The notes beneath the pieces are model-generated. The model was given only the letters and a program-made list of their open reading frames with translations. It did not search any database and had not been told where the DNA came from. This document shows, one piece after another, positions 16,556-25,716 of a DNA stretch of 64,000 nt. Positions within the stretch are counted from its first letter, which is position 1, and the number at the start of each line of letters is the position of its first letter. The DNA comes from an uncultured Acidimicrobiaceae bacterium (GTDB lineage: Bacteria > Actinomycetota > Acidimicrobiia > Spongiisociales > UBA5794): positions 2,406-66,405 of the forward strand of contig CAZONX010000003.1 of the NCBI GenBank assembly GCA_964581295.1, read 5' to 3'. Both the position numbers and the translations under genes were made by a program.

Positions 16556-17372
16556 CATGGACAACACCGCGCCCGCAGAAGAGCCCGTGAGCGACCACCC
16601 GAGTTCGCGCCCGACCGTTCGTGTGCAGGGCGCCATCAAGAGCTTCGGTGGGCGAGTCGTGGTCGACGTCGAAGACCTGACGCTGGGGACGCATTCCATC
16701 GAAGGGCTGATCGGCCCGAACGGAGCGGGCAAGACGACACTGCTGCGCATGATCATGCACGCCATCTCCCTCGACGAGGGAACGGTCGTGCTCTCATCCA
16801 ACGGCAATGGCGACGAGACCATTCTCTCGAACCTGCCGGCCAGCAGCATGGCCCGCAACGGCATCGTGAAGACCAACCAGGTCATCACCGACTTCGAACA
16901 ATTGACCATCCTCGACTCGATGCTGCTCGCGGTCGACCAGCCATCCGACGAGCGTTCCTTCGCCATCTATCGCGAGTCGGGCCTCTACGCCGACCACATC
17001 GGTGAGATCCAGTGGTATCTCGACCAATTCGACTTCGAGGACCCCTACGGGTTCGCAAACTCCGCCGGTGAGAAGAAGCTGCTCGACATTATTCGATGTC
17101 TGCTGCTCAAGCCTCGCGTCCTGCTTCTCGACGAACCGACCGCAGGTCTCCCCGATGACATCCGCGATCAGATCATGGAACTGATCAAGCAGAAGGCCGC
17201 CAAGGAGAATATGGCCGTGGTGATCGTGGAGCACGACCTGCACGTCATCTGGAGCATGTGCGAATACGTTCACTTCATGGCGGAGGGGAGCGTTGTGTTG
17301 CAGGGCGAGCCCGCATTTATCCGAGATCATGAGACAGTGGTGGAGCAATACTTGGGAAGCGGCCATGTTTGA
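16545..17372 (+). CDS. ABC transporter ATP-binding protein (LivG-like)
   Basis: Walker A GPNGAGKTT, ABC signature, Walker B LLLDEPTAGL. Overlaps flanking genes. Confidence 0.85.
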   Translation: MVGDMDNTAPAEEPVSDHPSSRPTVRVQGAIKSFGGRVVVDVEDLTLGTHSIEGLIGPNGAGKTTLLRMIMHAISLDEGTVVLSSNGNGDETILSNLPASSMARNGIVKTNQVITDFEQLTILDSMLLAVDQPSDERSFAIYRESGLYADHIGEIQWYLDQFDFEDPYGFANSAGEKKLLDIIRCLLLKPRVLLLDEPTAGLPDDIRDQIMELIKQKAAKENMAVVIVEHDLHVIWSMCEYVHFMAEGSVVLQGEPAFIRDHETVVEQYLGSGHV

Positions 17373-18057
17373 AGCCACAGGTATCCAGAGCGGCTATACC
17401 GGCGTGACGGTGATCAAGGACCTCGACCTCGACGTAGAGCACGAGATTTTCGCGGTGCTCGGCGCCAACGGGGCAGGCAAAACAACTCTGCTCGCGACGC
17501 TGGCCCGGCTCATCCCGCTGACCGCCGGACAGATGACGTTCGATGGACAAGACATCACGACGGCCCACCCGTGGAACACGGCCGCGCTCGGTCTCGGCTA
17601 CGTGCCCCAGGAGAAGGGCGTCTTCGCCGATCTGACGGTGTTGGAGAACCTCCAGATCGGATCCATGATCGGCGACCGGAGTCAACAAGAACGGATCGAC
17701 GAGATCGTCGAACTCTTCCCCGACATCGGCAAGCGCCAGTCACAAATGGCCGGCACCCTCAGTGGCGGGGAGTCGCGCATGGTCGCCTGCGGACGAGCCT
17801 TGATGCAGGACCCAAAGATGCTTCTGCTGGACGAGCCAACCGCCGGGCTCTCGCCGCTCTACGTAGATACGTTCTTTGAAAAGATTCGCGAGATCCACGA
17901 GACGAAGGACGTCAGCATCATCCTGGCGGAACAGAACGCCACGAAGGCGCTCGAGATCTCAGATCGCGTCATGGTGCTGAGCCTCGGAGAGGCATCCGAA
18001 GTGCTCGATGCCGGTGAATGGACCACCGACAAGCTCAAGGAGGGTTACCGGATCTGA
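17365..18057 (+). CDS. ABC transporter ATP-binding protein (LivF-like)
   Basis: Start at MFEATGIQ (ATG 17365) overlapping the LivG stop as ATGTTTGA. Walker A GANGAGKTT, signature LSGGE, Walker B LLLDEPTAGL. Confidence 0.85.
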   Translation: MFEATGIQSGYTGVTVIKDLDLDVEHEIFAVLGANGAGKTTLLATLARLIPLTAGQMTFDGQDITTAHPWNTAALGLGYVPQEKGVFADLTVLENLQIGSMIGDRSQQERIDEIVELFPDIGKRQSQMAGTLSGGESRMVACGRALMQDPKMLLLDEPTAGLSPLYVDTFFEKIREIHETKDVSIILAEQNATKALEISDRVMVLSLGEASEVLDAGEWTTDKLKEGYRI

Positions 18058-18103
18058 TCGCTGTACGGCGATCCGAATGGAGGAAGAGAAAGGGAAGGGA
18101 CGA

Positions 18104-19585
18104 ATGCGAATACGTTCAAAGAGGTTTGCTAGCGGATTGATCTTGTTGTTCGTGCTTGCGCTGGTCGCCGCTGCTTGTAGCAGTGACAGCGACAGCGGAG
18201 ACAGCGACACGACCGCAGCACCTGAAACAACGACCGCCGCAGCGGGCGACACGACAACGACCGCCGCAGCGGGCGACACGACAACGACCGCCGCAGCGAC
18301 CGAAACGACGGAGGCCATGTCAACGGAGCCAGTGATCGTTTGCGAACTCGCATACTTCACGGGCGAGTTTGCGGCCTACGGACCGTCACTGACGGCGGAT
18401 GTTGAGTTCCCGATCAGCCAGATCATCAACAATGATCCGCCGCTCGGGCGCGAATGGCAGCTCATCTCCGAAGACATCGGTACGCCGGGTGAGGCTCAGG
18501 CAGCTCGTATCTGTCTCGAGCAGCACAACGCCGACATAATGGTCAGCCAGGCGCACGGCTATCGCCAGTACCGCGACTTCATGCTGGAGTATCTTGCCGA
18601 GAACGACAAGCCGCTCGGGCCAACGGTGCACGGCGGGAGCATCCCTGGGAACCTCGGCGGTGTTGGCTCTGAGCCGCTCTTCCGCGCACAGGGACTCGAC
18701 GAGGCGCTTGGCATGACCGGAGCCCTTGCGGCTCAAGATGCCGGCGCCACCTCGGTCGTGATCTTCGCGACCCAGGTCGAGGGTTTCCAGCTCGCGGCGA
18801 ACGCGGCTGAGACCACAGCTGAGGAGTTGGGATTGGAGGTCCTTGACCGGATCGACGTTCCCGCCGAGCAGCCGTCGTACGCAGCTGAAGCCCAACGCAT
18901 CGCCGATCTCGCACCGGATGCTGTGATCGTGCAGGCGGGCTCGGTGGAGTCGGCCACGCTGATCAAGCAGTCCTCTGAGGCCGGCTTGTCCCTCGACTGG
19001 ATCGGTGAGACGGGCTGGATTCAGCCGGAGTTCATCGATACGTTGGGCACGGAGCCCATCGCCAGCCAGAAGAGCGTCGGCTATGCGGCCTTCGCCTACA
19101 ACGACACGACCCCAGCATGGGCGTTCTTCGAGCCGCTGTGGGACGACACTGCCGGATACGGCGACCTGTACGGTCCGGCAACGGACCAGTACCACTTCTC
19201 CACGTACGACCTGATGACGCATACGGCGCTTGCCGTTGAGTACGCAGGCTCGTATGCGGCGAGTGCTTGGGCACCGGCCATGATCGAAGTTGGCAACCCG
19301 CCGGGCACGATGTGCTACACCTACCCGGAGTGCTTGGAACTCATCAGGGCCGGCGAAGACATCGACTACGAGGGTGTCACCGGACCGGGCCTCTACAGCA
19401 AGGGTGGCGTGAACGCACTCGTGCAGTCGTTCACCCCGTTCAATGACGACGGCACTGTCGGAGCGCCGGTCCTCCTCGATCCGGCGCTCGCGTTGGAGGT
19501 TCTCAGCATCATCGCCGTCCAGGCGGAGTGCGAGACCCCGAACCCGGCAGGGACGAACCCGGCATCACCAGGATGTGAGTGGTAA
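18104..19585 (+). CDS. ABC transporter substrate-binding lipoprotein (type-I periplasmic binding fold, Liv/amide-urea-like) with Thr/Ala-rich linker
   Basis: Start at MRIRSKRF (ATG 18104) behind GGAGGAAGAGAAAGGGAAGGGA. Signal peptide plus lipobox-like LVAAAC. Low-complexity SDSDSGDSDTT + (AGDTTTTAA)x2 linker, then a PBP type-I domain. Last gene of the operon. A strong terminator follows. Confidence 0.8.
   Translation: MRIRSKRFASGLILLFVLALVAAACSSDSDSGDSDTTAAPETTTAAAGDTTTTAAAGDTTTTAAATETTEAMSTEPVIVCELAYFTGEFAAYGPSLTADVEFPISQIINNDPPLGREWQLISEDIGTPGEAQAARICLEQHNADIMVSQAHGYRQYRDFMLEYLAENDKPLGPTVHGGSIPGNLGGVGSEPLFRAQGLDEALGMTGALAAQDAGATSVVIFATQVEGFQLAANAAETTAEELGLEVLDRIDVPAEQPSYAAEAQRIADLAPDAVIVQAGSVESATLIKQSSEAGLSLDWIGETGWIQPEFIDTLGTEPIASQKSVGYAAFAYNDTTPAWAFFEPLWDDTAGYGDLYGPATDQYHFSTYDLMTHTALAVEYAGSYAASAWAPAMIEVGNPPGTMCYTYPECLELIRAGEDIDYEGVTGPGLYSKGGVNALVQSFTPFNDDGTVGAPVLLDPALALEVLSIIAVQAECETPNPAGTNPASPGCEW
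18242..18295 (+). repeat. 27-bp tandem duplication (GCGGGCGACACGACAACGACCGCCGCA x2) encoding (AGDTTTTAA)x2 in the SBP linker
   Basis: Direct repeat seen in the DNA and in the translation. Confidence 0.6.
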
Positions 19586-19617
19586 CACCCAGCCAGGCAA
19601 GTAGGAGCAAACAAACA

Positions 19618-19655
19618 AGAGGAGCGGCAGCGGGTCATCCCGCTGCCGCTCCTCT
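19618..19655 (+). terminator. intrinsic terminator hairpin after the ABC operon (17-bp perfect stem AGAGGAGCGGCAGCGGG / CCCGCTGCCGCTCCTCT, loop TCAT, then CTTCGT)
   Basis: Seen directly in the sequence 31 nt after the SBP stop. Perfect inverted repeat with a 4-nt loop followed by a T-containing tail. Confidence 0.7.
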
Positions 19656-19697
19656 TCGTACGGAGTCTTCAGGACACCCGTCTGGCTTCGATCCTCG

Positions 19698-19709
19698 ATA
19701 ATCGATTAT
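19698..19709. promoter_or_regulatory. perfect palindrome ATAATCGATTAT (site 3 of 3) upstream of the AhpD-like-PTP-PPDK-like-UPF0261 operon, overlapping a TATACT -10-like hexamer
   Basis: Context gATCCTCGATAATCGATTATACTgc, 75 nt upstream of the AhpD-like start codon. Confidence 0.6.
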
Positions 19710-19782
19710 ACTGCATCTGTCTCGCCCGTCCCGGGACGGATTCGCATTTGTCGAGTCCACAGCAACACACGGAGGACCACCC

Positions 19783-20400
19783 ATGTCCCGACTCGACAAC
19801 ATCTCCCTCGACGGCATCGAGGAGCTCGACGGTGTCGAGGAGATGTACGAAACGGTGTTTGGGTTCGTCCCCAACGGCGTGCGCATCATGGCCCGGCGTC
19901 CCGGCATCGTTCAGGGATTCCTCCACTTGCGCCGCTCGGTCTTCGACCCCGCCACGAGCGAGGTACCGCTCGAGTTGAAGAGCCTCGTCGGACACATTGC
20001 CAGCAAGACGGCCGGCTGCCGCTATTGCCAAGCCCACGCGATCTACGGCTCCGATCGCTCGGGGACCGACCGTGCCCGACTCGAAGCCCTGTGGGATTTC
20101 GAGACCAGCGATCTTTTCGACGAATCGGAACGCGTCGCTCTGCGGTTCGCGGTGTCGGCGGCGGCGTCGCCCAACGGGGTAACCGACGAAGACTTCGTGC
20201 GGATGTCCGAGTACTGGGATGACGGGCAGATCGTCGAGATCCTTGCGGTCGTGGCGCTCTACGGCTTCCTCAATCGGTGGAACGACTCGCTGGCCACCAC
20301 CCTCGAAGAACCGTCGCAGACCGTCACCGAGGAAGTCCTCGGTTCGAAGGGCTGGGACGTTGGCAAGCATCGGCGAGACGGGGTCACCAACGTTGACTAG
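19783..20400 (+). CDS. carboxymuconolactone decarboxylase-family / AhpD-like protein
   Basis: 205 aa. AhpD-core-like CxxCxxxH (AGCRYCQAH). RBS ACGGAGGA. Preceded by the ATAATCGATTAT palindrome. Confidence 0.75.
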   Translation: MSRLDNISLDGIEELDGVEEMYETVFGFVPNGVRIMARRPGIVQGFLHLRRSVFDPATSEVPLELKSLVGHIASKTAGCRYCQAHAIYGSDRSGTDRARLEALWDFETSDLFDESERVALRFAVSAAASPNGVTDEDFVRMSEYWDDGQIVEILAVVALYGFLNRWNDSLATTLEEPSQTVTEEVLGSKGWDVGKHRRDGVTNVD

Positions 20401-21193
20401 CGACATCCGCTCCCCCGGTGAGGCCGCCGCTGTCGATGGAGCACCGAACTTTCGCGACATCGGCGGATACGAGACTTCCGACGGTCGCCGAGTCCGCTCC
20501 GGCAGGTTCTTCCGCTCTGGGATGCTGGCCGGGGTCACCGACGAAGGCGTCGCTACGCTCAGCGCCCTCGGGATCCGAACGGTCGTCGATCTGCGCACCC
20601 AGGTGGAGGTCGACGCATTCGGCCCGGACCGCCTACCGGACGACACCCGCGTGGTGCAGATCCGGGTCCCCAGTGCCGGTGCCGACCCGATGGTCGCTGA
20701 GGCGCTCAAGACCGGTCACTTCCCCTACCTGCCGAATCTCATATCGGTGAACCGTGCCTACATCACCGACGACGCCACCCAGTTCGGCGAACTCCTCACG
20801 CTCCTGGCCGATCCGGCCAACGTTCCCGTCGTGATCCACTGCCTCGGAGGGAAGGACCGGACGGGAGTGAGTACGGCGCTGCTGCTCACGATCCTCGGCG
20901 TCCCTTGGCCGACCGTACGCGACGATTACCTCCGCTCCAACGAGTACTTCGCAAGAGCCGTCGACGATGAGTCGGACTCGCTGAGCCGAGCCATGGAGGA
21001 CGGCCTCGGCCGGGCCCCGGACTACGGCGATGAAGCGTCGAAGAAGGAGTTCTTCGTGCTCCGCCCCGAGTACATCGATGTTGTGCTCGACGAAATCACG
21101 GAGAACGGCCGCACGATTGAAGAGTTCGTTAAGAGCGAACTTCAGCTTTCTGACATGACCGTGGAACGACTCCGCGAGGAGTTCCTGGAGTGA
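20393..21193 (+). CDS. protein-tyrosine phosphatase-family protein (Y_phosphatase3-like, CX5R active site)
   Basis: HCLGGKDRTG P-loop (CX5R). Track ORF 20219..21193 overlaps the upstream gene by 180 nt, so the true start is probably the TTG at ~20393 (GGAGAC upstream). Start uncertain. Confidence 0.65.
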   Translation: MTSDIRSPGEAAAVDGAPNFRDIGGYETSDGRRVRSGRFFRSGMLAGVTDEGVATLSALGIRTVVDLRTQVEVDAFGPDRLPDDTRVVQIRVPSAGADPMVAEALKTGHFPYLPNLISVNRAYITDDATQFGELLTLLADPANVPVVIHCLGGKDRTGVSTALLLTILGVPWPTVRDDYLRSNEYFARAVDDESDSLSRAMEDGLGRAPDYGDEASKKEFFVLRPEYIDVVLDEITENGRTIEEFVKSELQLSDMTVERLREEFLE

Positions 21194-21256
21194 CCGAAGG
21201 GCACGGCACCCAGACGTGCGAAACGAACAAGAAGATCGATCGAGGAGACTGATGAG

Positions 21257-23395
21257 ATGACCTACGTCTACGCATTCGACCACCGGCACGAGGGATCGCT
21301 CGACGAGACCAAGGCGCTGGTCGGGGGCAAGGGCGCGAACCTTGCGGTGATGACAAGCGATCTTGGTCTCCCGGTGCCGCCGGGGTTCACGATCTCGACC
21401 GAGGCCTGCCTGGCCTACCTCGCAGACGGATGGCCGGCCGGACTCGACGCGGAATTGCGAGGCCACATCGGCCGGGTCGAACAGACCGTTGGTCGGCGAT
21501 TCGGTGATCCCGCGAACCCGCTGCTCGTCAGTGTCCGGTCCGGCGCGCCGGTGTCCATGCCGGGAATGATGGACACAATCCTCAACCTGGGTATCAACGA
21601 GGCCACCGAACAGGGCCTTGTTGCGCTCTCCGGTGAGCCAGCGTTCGTCACCGCGTGCCGGGACCGGTTCATCTCTACCTACCGCGAGATCGTCGGCGTC
21701 GACGTCGTTCCAGAGGATCCATACGATCAACTCAAGGGAGCGGTCGAAGCCGTGTTCCGGTCGTGGAATGGCGATCGGGCGCGCAGCTACCGTTCACACG
21801 AAGGAATCTCCGAAGATCTCGGCACGGGCGTCACCGTGCAGGCAATGGTCTTCGGCAACAGCGGGCCCGATTCGGCCACGGGCGTGGTCTTCACGCGTAA
21901 CCCTGCCTCCGGTGAGCGAGTGCTCTACGGCGACGTCCTCTTCAACGCCCAAGGCGAAGACGTCGTTGCCGGCACCCATGCCACCGAGCCGATCTCTCAT
22001 CTCGATGAGCGGTCACCGGGTATCGCTGAGGAACTCAAGGCTCACTCCGACCGCCTCGAGCGTCACTACGCCGACGTCTGTGACATCGAGTTCACCATCG
22101 AATCCGGGAAGCTCTGGATGCTCCAGACGCGCGTCGGCAAGCGTTCTCCCGAGGCTGCCGTGCGTATTGCCGTGGACATGGCAGAGGACCCGGACTTCCC
22201 ACTCTCACGCGAGGACGCCGTGCACCGTGTCATGAATCATCTCGTCTCACCGCCCACTGCGGCAGCGAGGCTCGATGGGAACGCGCAACCCGTCACGACC
22301 GGTCTTGCCGCATCACCCGGTCTCGCGGCAGGTGCGATCGTGACGACTCCGGATGCCGCAGTTGCCGCCGCCGCCGAAGGCCGGTCGGTCATCCTCGTCC
22401 GCAAGGAGACGTCGCCGGATGATGTGCACGGCATGGCGGCTGCCGCGGGCATTCTCACGACAACCGGCGGTCTCGCCTCCCACGCTGCGGTGGTCGCACG
22501 AGGCTGGGGTATCCCAGCAGTTGTCGGTGCAGACACCATCACGATCGGCGAGTCCAGCGTGACGATCGGCGACGAAGCGGTCGCCATCGGTGAGTCGCTC
22601 ACCATCAACGGCGGTACCGGAAATGTCTTCCTCGGCGAGCTCGTCGGCGAGACGGTTGTTGTGCCCGAGGCCGCGCAGCTCTTGGCATGGGCAGACGAAC
22701 TCGGAATCGAGATCGCTGCGGAGGCCGACGACGCGCCAGCCCCGACGGAGGCCGGCGACGCGCCCGATGACAGAACGGCCAATACGGAGTCGATGATCCG
22801 ACTGCTCAGCATCAAGGGATTCTCAACGCCCGACGCAGCCGCCGCTGCACTCGACACAACGGAGGAGAACGCTTCCGGCATCCTCGACACGATGACCGCC
22901 GACGGTCTCGTCACGATGATGGGCACCATGTTCAGCCTCTCGGATGACGGCAAGTCGGTCGCCGCAGAGTTCCTCGCCGTCGACCGCGAGGACTGGGGGG
23001 CGGAACGCGCCGCGGCGGGACTCGATGGCTTCATCCCGCTGGACCAGCGGATGAAGGTGATTGTCACGGCGTGGCAAATGATGGAGGTCGACGGAGCACC
23101 CGTTCTCAACGACCACAACGACGTCGACTACGACACTGCGGTCCTCGCGGACCTCGCGGCGCTCCATTTCGACGCCGCCGCCTGGCTCGCCGACCTCCAC
23201 GACGAGCTCCCCCGCCTTATCTCGTACACGGAGAGGCTCGGACGAGCTGCCGACCTCGTGCAGAGCGGTGACCACGACTACATCGCCTCTCCGCGGCTCG
23301 ACAGCTACCACAACGTATGGTTTGAGTTGCATGAGGACCTCATCCTGCTCGCCGGCCGCACCCGTGAAGACGAGGTAGCGTCCGGGCGCGCGTAG
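21257..23395 (+). CDS. pyruvate-phosphate-dikinase N-terminal-like protein: ATP-grasp nucleotide-binding domain + phosphohistidine domain, lacking the PEP/pyruvate TIM-barrel, with an unknown C-terminal domain
   Basis: The N-terminus matches the PPDK start closely (MTYVYAFDH…LVGGKGANLAVMTSDLGLPVPPGFTISTEAC…). The His domain is TTGGLASHAAVVARGWGIPAVVG at ~aa 400. The last ~240 aa do not resemble the PPDK/PEPS C-terminal barrel. A wHTH-like segment (IRLLSIKGF…GILDTMTADGLVTMMGTMFSLSDDGKSVAAEF) is visible. RBS GAGGAG. Confidence 0.75.
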   Translation: MTYVYAFDHRHEGSLDETKALVGGKGANLAVMTSDLGLPVPPGFTISTEACLAYLADGWPAGLDAELRGHIGRVEQTVGRRFGDPANPLLVSVRSGAPVSMPGMMDTILNLGINEATEQGLVALSGEPAFVTACRDRFISTYREIVGVDVVPEDPYDQLKGAVEAVFRSWNGDRARSYRSHEGISEDLGTGVTVQAMVFGNSGPDSATGVVFTRNPASGERVLYGDVLFNAQGEDVVAGTHATEPISHLDERSPGIAEELKAHSDRLERHYADVCDIEFTIESGKLWMLQTRVGKRSPEAAVRIAVDMAEDPDFPLSREDAVHRVMNHLVSPPTAAARLDGNAQPVTTGLAASPGLAAGAIVTTPDAAVAAAAEGRSVILVRKETSPDDVHGMAAAAGILTTTGGLASHAAVVARGWGIPAVVGADTITIGESSVTIGDEAVAIGESLTINGGTGNVFLGELVGETVVVPEAAQLLAWADELGIEIAAEADDAPAPTEAGDAPDDRTANTESMIRLLSIKGFSTPDAAAAALDTTEENASGILDTMTADGLVTMMGTMFSLSDDGKSVAAEFLAVDREDWGAERAAAGLDGFIPLDQRMKVIVTAWQMMEVDGAPVLNDHNDVDYDTAVLADLAALHFDAAAWLADLHDELPRLISYTERLGRAADLVQSGDHDYIASPRLDSYHNVWFELHEDLILLAGRTREDEVASGRA

Positions 23396-23436
23396 GTTCA
23401 AGCGCGGCAACCCGCGAACCCGAAGGAGCCTGACCA

Positions 23437-24675
23437 ATGGCCACCGTTGTGCTACTCGGAGCGCTCGACACCAAGGGCAACGAGTATGCGTTCCTCAGGG
23501 ATCGGGTGATCGACGCCGGCTGTGACGTCCTCATGGTCAACGCCGGTGTGCTTGGTGATCCCGACTACCCCGTCGACTTCGGCCGAGCGGAAGTCGCGAG
23601 CGAGGCCGGCGCCGACATCGATGCCCTGGTGGCAGCTGGGGATCGCGGTGCCGCCGTGACCGCCATGGCCGAGGGCGCGGCTGCCCTGATTCTGCACCTC
23701 TGTGAGCAGGGAAAGATCCACGGCATTCTCGGCATGGGGGGATCCGGCAGTTCCTCGATCATCAGCCACGCCATGAGAAGGCTGCCGATCGGGTTCCCGA
23801 AGCTCCTCGTGTCGACCATGGGTGCGGGCGATGTGAGCGCGTTCGTCGGAACCTCCGACATCGCCATGATGTACTCGGTGGTCGACATCGCGGGGATCAA
23901 CGCCGTGTCCTCGAACATCCTCGGGAACGCCGCAGCAGGTTTGTCCGGCATGGCGAAGGCCTTCGAGGTTCGCGACGCGTCCGTCGACGGTCGGCCCCTC
24001 ATCGGGGCCACGATGTATGGAACGACGACGCCGTGCGTCGACCGGGCCCGCGCCACGCTCGACGCATTGGGGTACGAGGTTCTGGTCTTCCACGCCACAG
24101 GCACCGGGGGTCGCTCCATGGAGGCCTTGGTCAACAGCGGCTACATCACCGGCGTGCTCGACGTGACGACGACCGAACTCGCCGACGAGATCGCCGGCGG
24201 CACCCTCACGGCCGGCCCCGACCGCCTCGAAGCAGCGGGAGCCCTCGGCCTCCCACAAGTGGTATCGATCGGCGCCGTCGACCAGATCACGTTCACGCCG
24301 CAGTCGGCGGTTCCGGCCGAGTACCGAGATCGCAACGTCTACGACCACAATCCGAGCATCTCGCTCGTGCGTACCAACGCAGAGGAGAGCGCCAAACTGG
24401 GCCGCATGCTCGCTGAGAAGCTGAACCAGGCTGCCGGGCCAGTCTCGCTCTTCGTCCCGCTCCAGGGCGGATCGTCGTATGCCATCAAGGGCGCGGTCTT
24501 CCATGATCCAGAGGCCGACGCGGCTCTCGTTGAGAGCATTCGCGCTCACCTCGATCCGAAGGTGGAACTGGTCGAGATGGACACCGACATCAATGACCCC
24601 ACCTTTGCCGACGCCATGGCACGACGCCTCGACGAGCACTACCGCGCCTGGGCAAGCGGGCAGTCACACCGCTAG
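23437..24675 (+). CDS. UPF0261-family protein (Tm-1 N-terminal-domain-like)
   Basis: 412 aa, MATVVLLGALDTKGNEYAFLRDRVIDAGCDVLMVNAGVLG… is typical of UPF0261. RBS GAAGGAG. Follows the PPDK-like gene by 41 bp. Confidence 0.75.
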   Translation: MATVVLLGALDTKGNEYAFLRDRVIDAGCDVLMVNAGVLGDPDYPVDFGRAEVASEAGADIDALVAAGDRGAAVTAMAEGAAALILHLCEQGKIHGILGMGGSGSSSIISHAMRRLPIGFPKLLVSTMGAGDVSAFVGTSDIAMMYSVVDIAGINAVSSNILGNAAAGLSGMAKAFEVRDASVDGRPLIGATMYGTTTPCVDRARATLDALGYEVLVFHATGTGGRSMEALVNSGYITGVLDVTTTELADEIAGGTLTAGPDRLEAAGALGLPQVVSIGAVDQITFTPQSAVPAEYRDRNVYDHNPSISLVRTNAEESAKLGRMLAEKLNQAAGPVSLFVPLQGGSSYAIKGAVFHDPEADAALVESIRAHLDPKVELVEMDTDINDPTFADAMARRLDEHYRAWASGQSHR

Positions 24676-24708
24676 CGTTCCCTTCGGAGCCAATGCAGCG
24701 AGCGAATC

Positions 24709-25716
24709 ATGTCAAACGGTGACTCTGCACAGGGGCCGGCGGCCAACCGGCCGATCTACGTCGAGCGGGTGAACGCCGTCATCGACTACATCGAGTTCCA
24801 CCTGGCCGACGATCTCGACCTCGAGACGTTGGCCGACGTGGCGCACTTCTCCCCCTATCACTTCCATCGGATCTTCACCACGATGGTGGGCGAGACCTTG
24901 AGTCGCTTCATTGCACGGGTCCGCGTCGAGCGAGCCGCGACCCTGCTGATCCAGCACCCCGAACGGTCGGTCACCGAGACTGCCGTGGCGTGCGGGTTCA
25001 CCAACCCGTCGTCGTTCGCGAGAGCGTTCAGGGAGGCCTTCGGGATGAGTGCATCCGCATGGAGGACAGAAGGGTTCGCGGACTACGAGCGGGAACCGGG
25101 CGAGACCATCCATGATGTGATCGGTAATGTCGGGCGAATCGACGAGGCGTACGGTGTTCTCGAAACCGCGTTCGACCCCACCACCGGGGCCGTCGCCTGG
25201 ACGGTCGGCGCCGGGTCGCTCGGGCCGGTCAGTGTGACCATCGAACGCATGCCTGCGATGCATGTCGCCTACGTGCGCCACACCGGTCGCTATCAGGGCC
25301 TCGGCGAAGTATTCGCGGATCTCTTCACCCGCCTCATGGCGTGGGCGCAGCCCCGAGGATTCGTCACCCCGCAGGCCTCGCTGCTCTCGGTGTATCACGA
25401 CAATCCGAGCATCACCGAAGACGACCGGCTGCGCGTCAGCGTATGCATCGCCGTGCCCGAGGAAACCGAGGCGTCTGGCGGCATCGGGCGCATGGAAGTC
25501 GAGGGAGGCACATTCGCAGTCGGGCATTTCGAACTCGGCGAGCATGACTACCCCGAGGCCTGGTACACCATCGCCGGCGGCTGGTTACCCGAGAGCGGCT
25601 ACGAACCCGACGATCGACTCCCGTTCGAGCGCTTCCCGATTGGCCACACCGCGGCAGATCTCGACAACCACGTTGTCGAGATCTGGCTGCCGGTGCGGCC
25701 GCTCCGGCGCTACTGA
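24709..25716 (+). CDS. AraC-family transcriptional regulator with C-terminal GyrI-like effector-binding domain
   Basis: N-terminal AraC HTH pair (…LADVAHFSPYHFHRIFTTMVGETLSRFIARVRVERAATLL…CGFTNPSSFARAFREAFGMSASAWR). C-terminal GyrI-like small-molecule-binding domain. Confidence 0.8.
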   Translation: MSNGDSAQGPAANRPIYVERVNAVIDYIEFHLADDLDLETLADVAHFSPYHFHRIFTTMVGETLSRFIARVRVERAATLLIQHPERSVTETAVACGFTNPSSFARAFREAFGMSASAWRTEGFADYEREPGETIHDVIGNVGRIDEAYGVLETAFDPTTGAVAWTVGAGSLGPVSVTIERMPAMHVAYVRHTGRYQGLGEVFADLFTRLMAWAQPRGFVTPQASLLSVYHDNPSITEDDRLRVSVCIAVPEETEASGGIGRMEVEGGTFAVGHFELGEHDYPEAWYTIAGGWLPESGYEPDDRLPFERFPIGHTAADLDNHVVEIWLPVRPLRRY

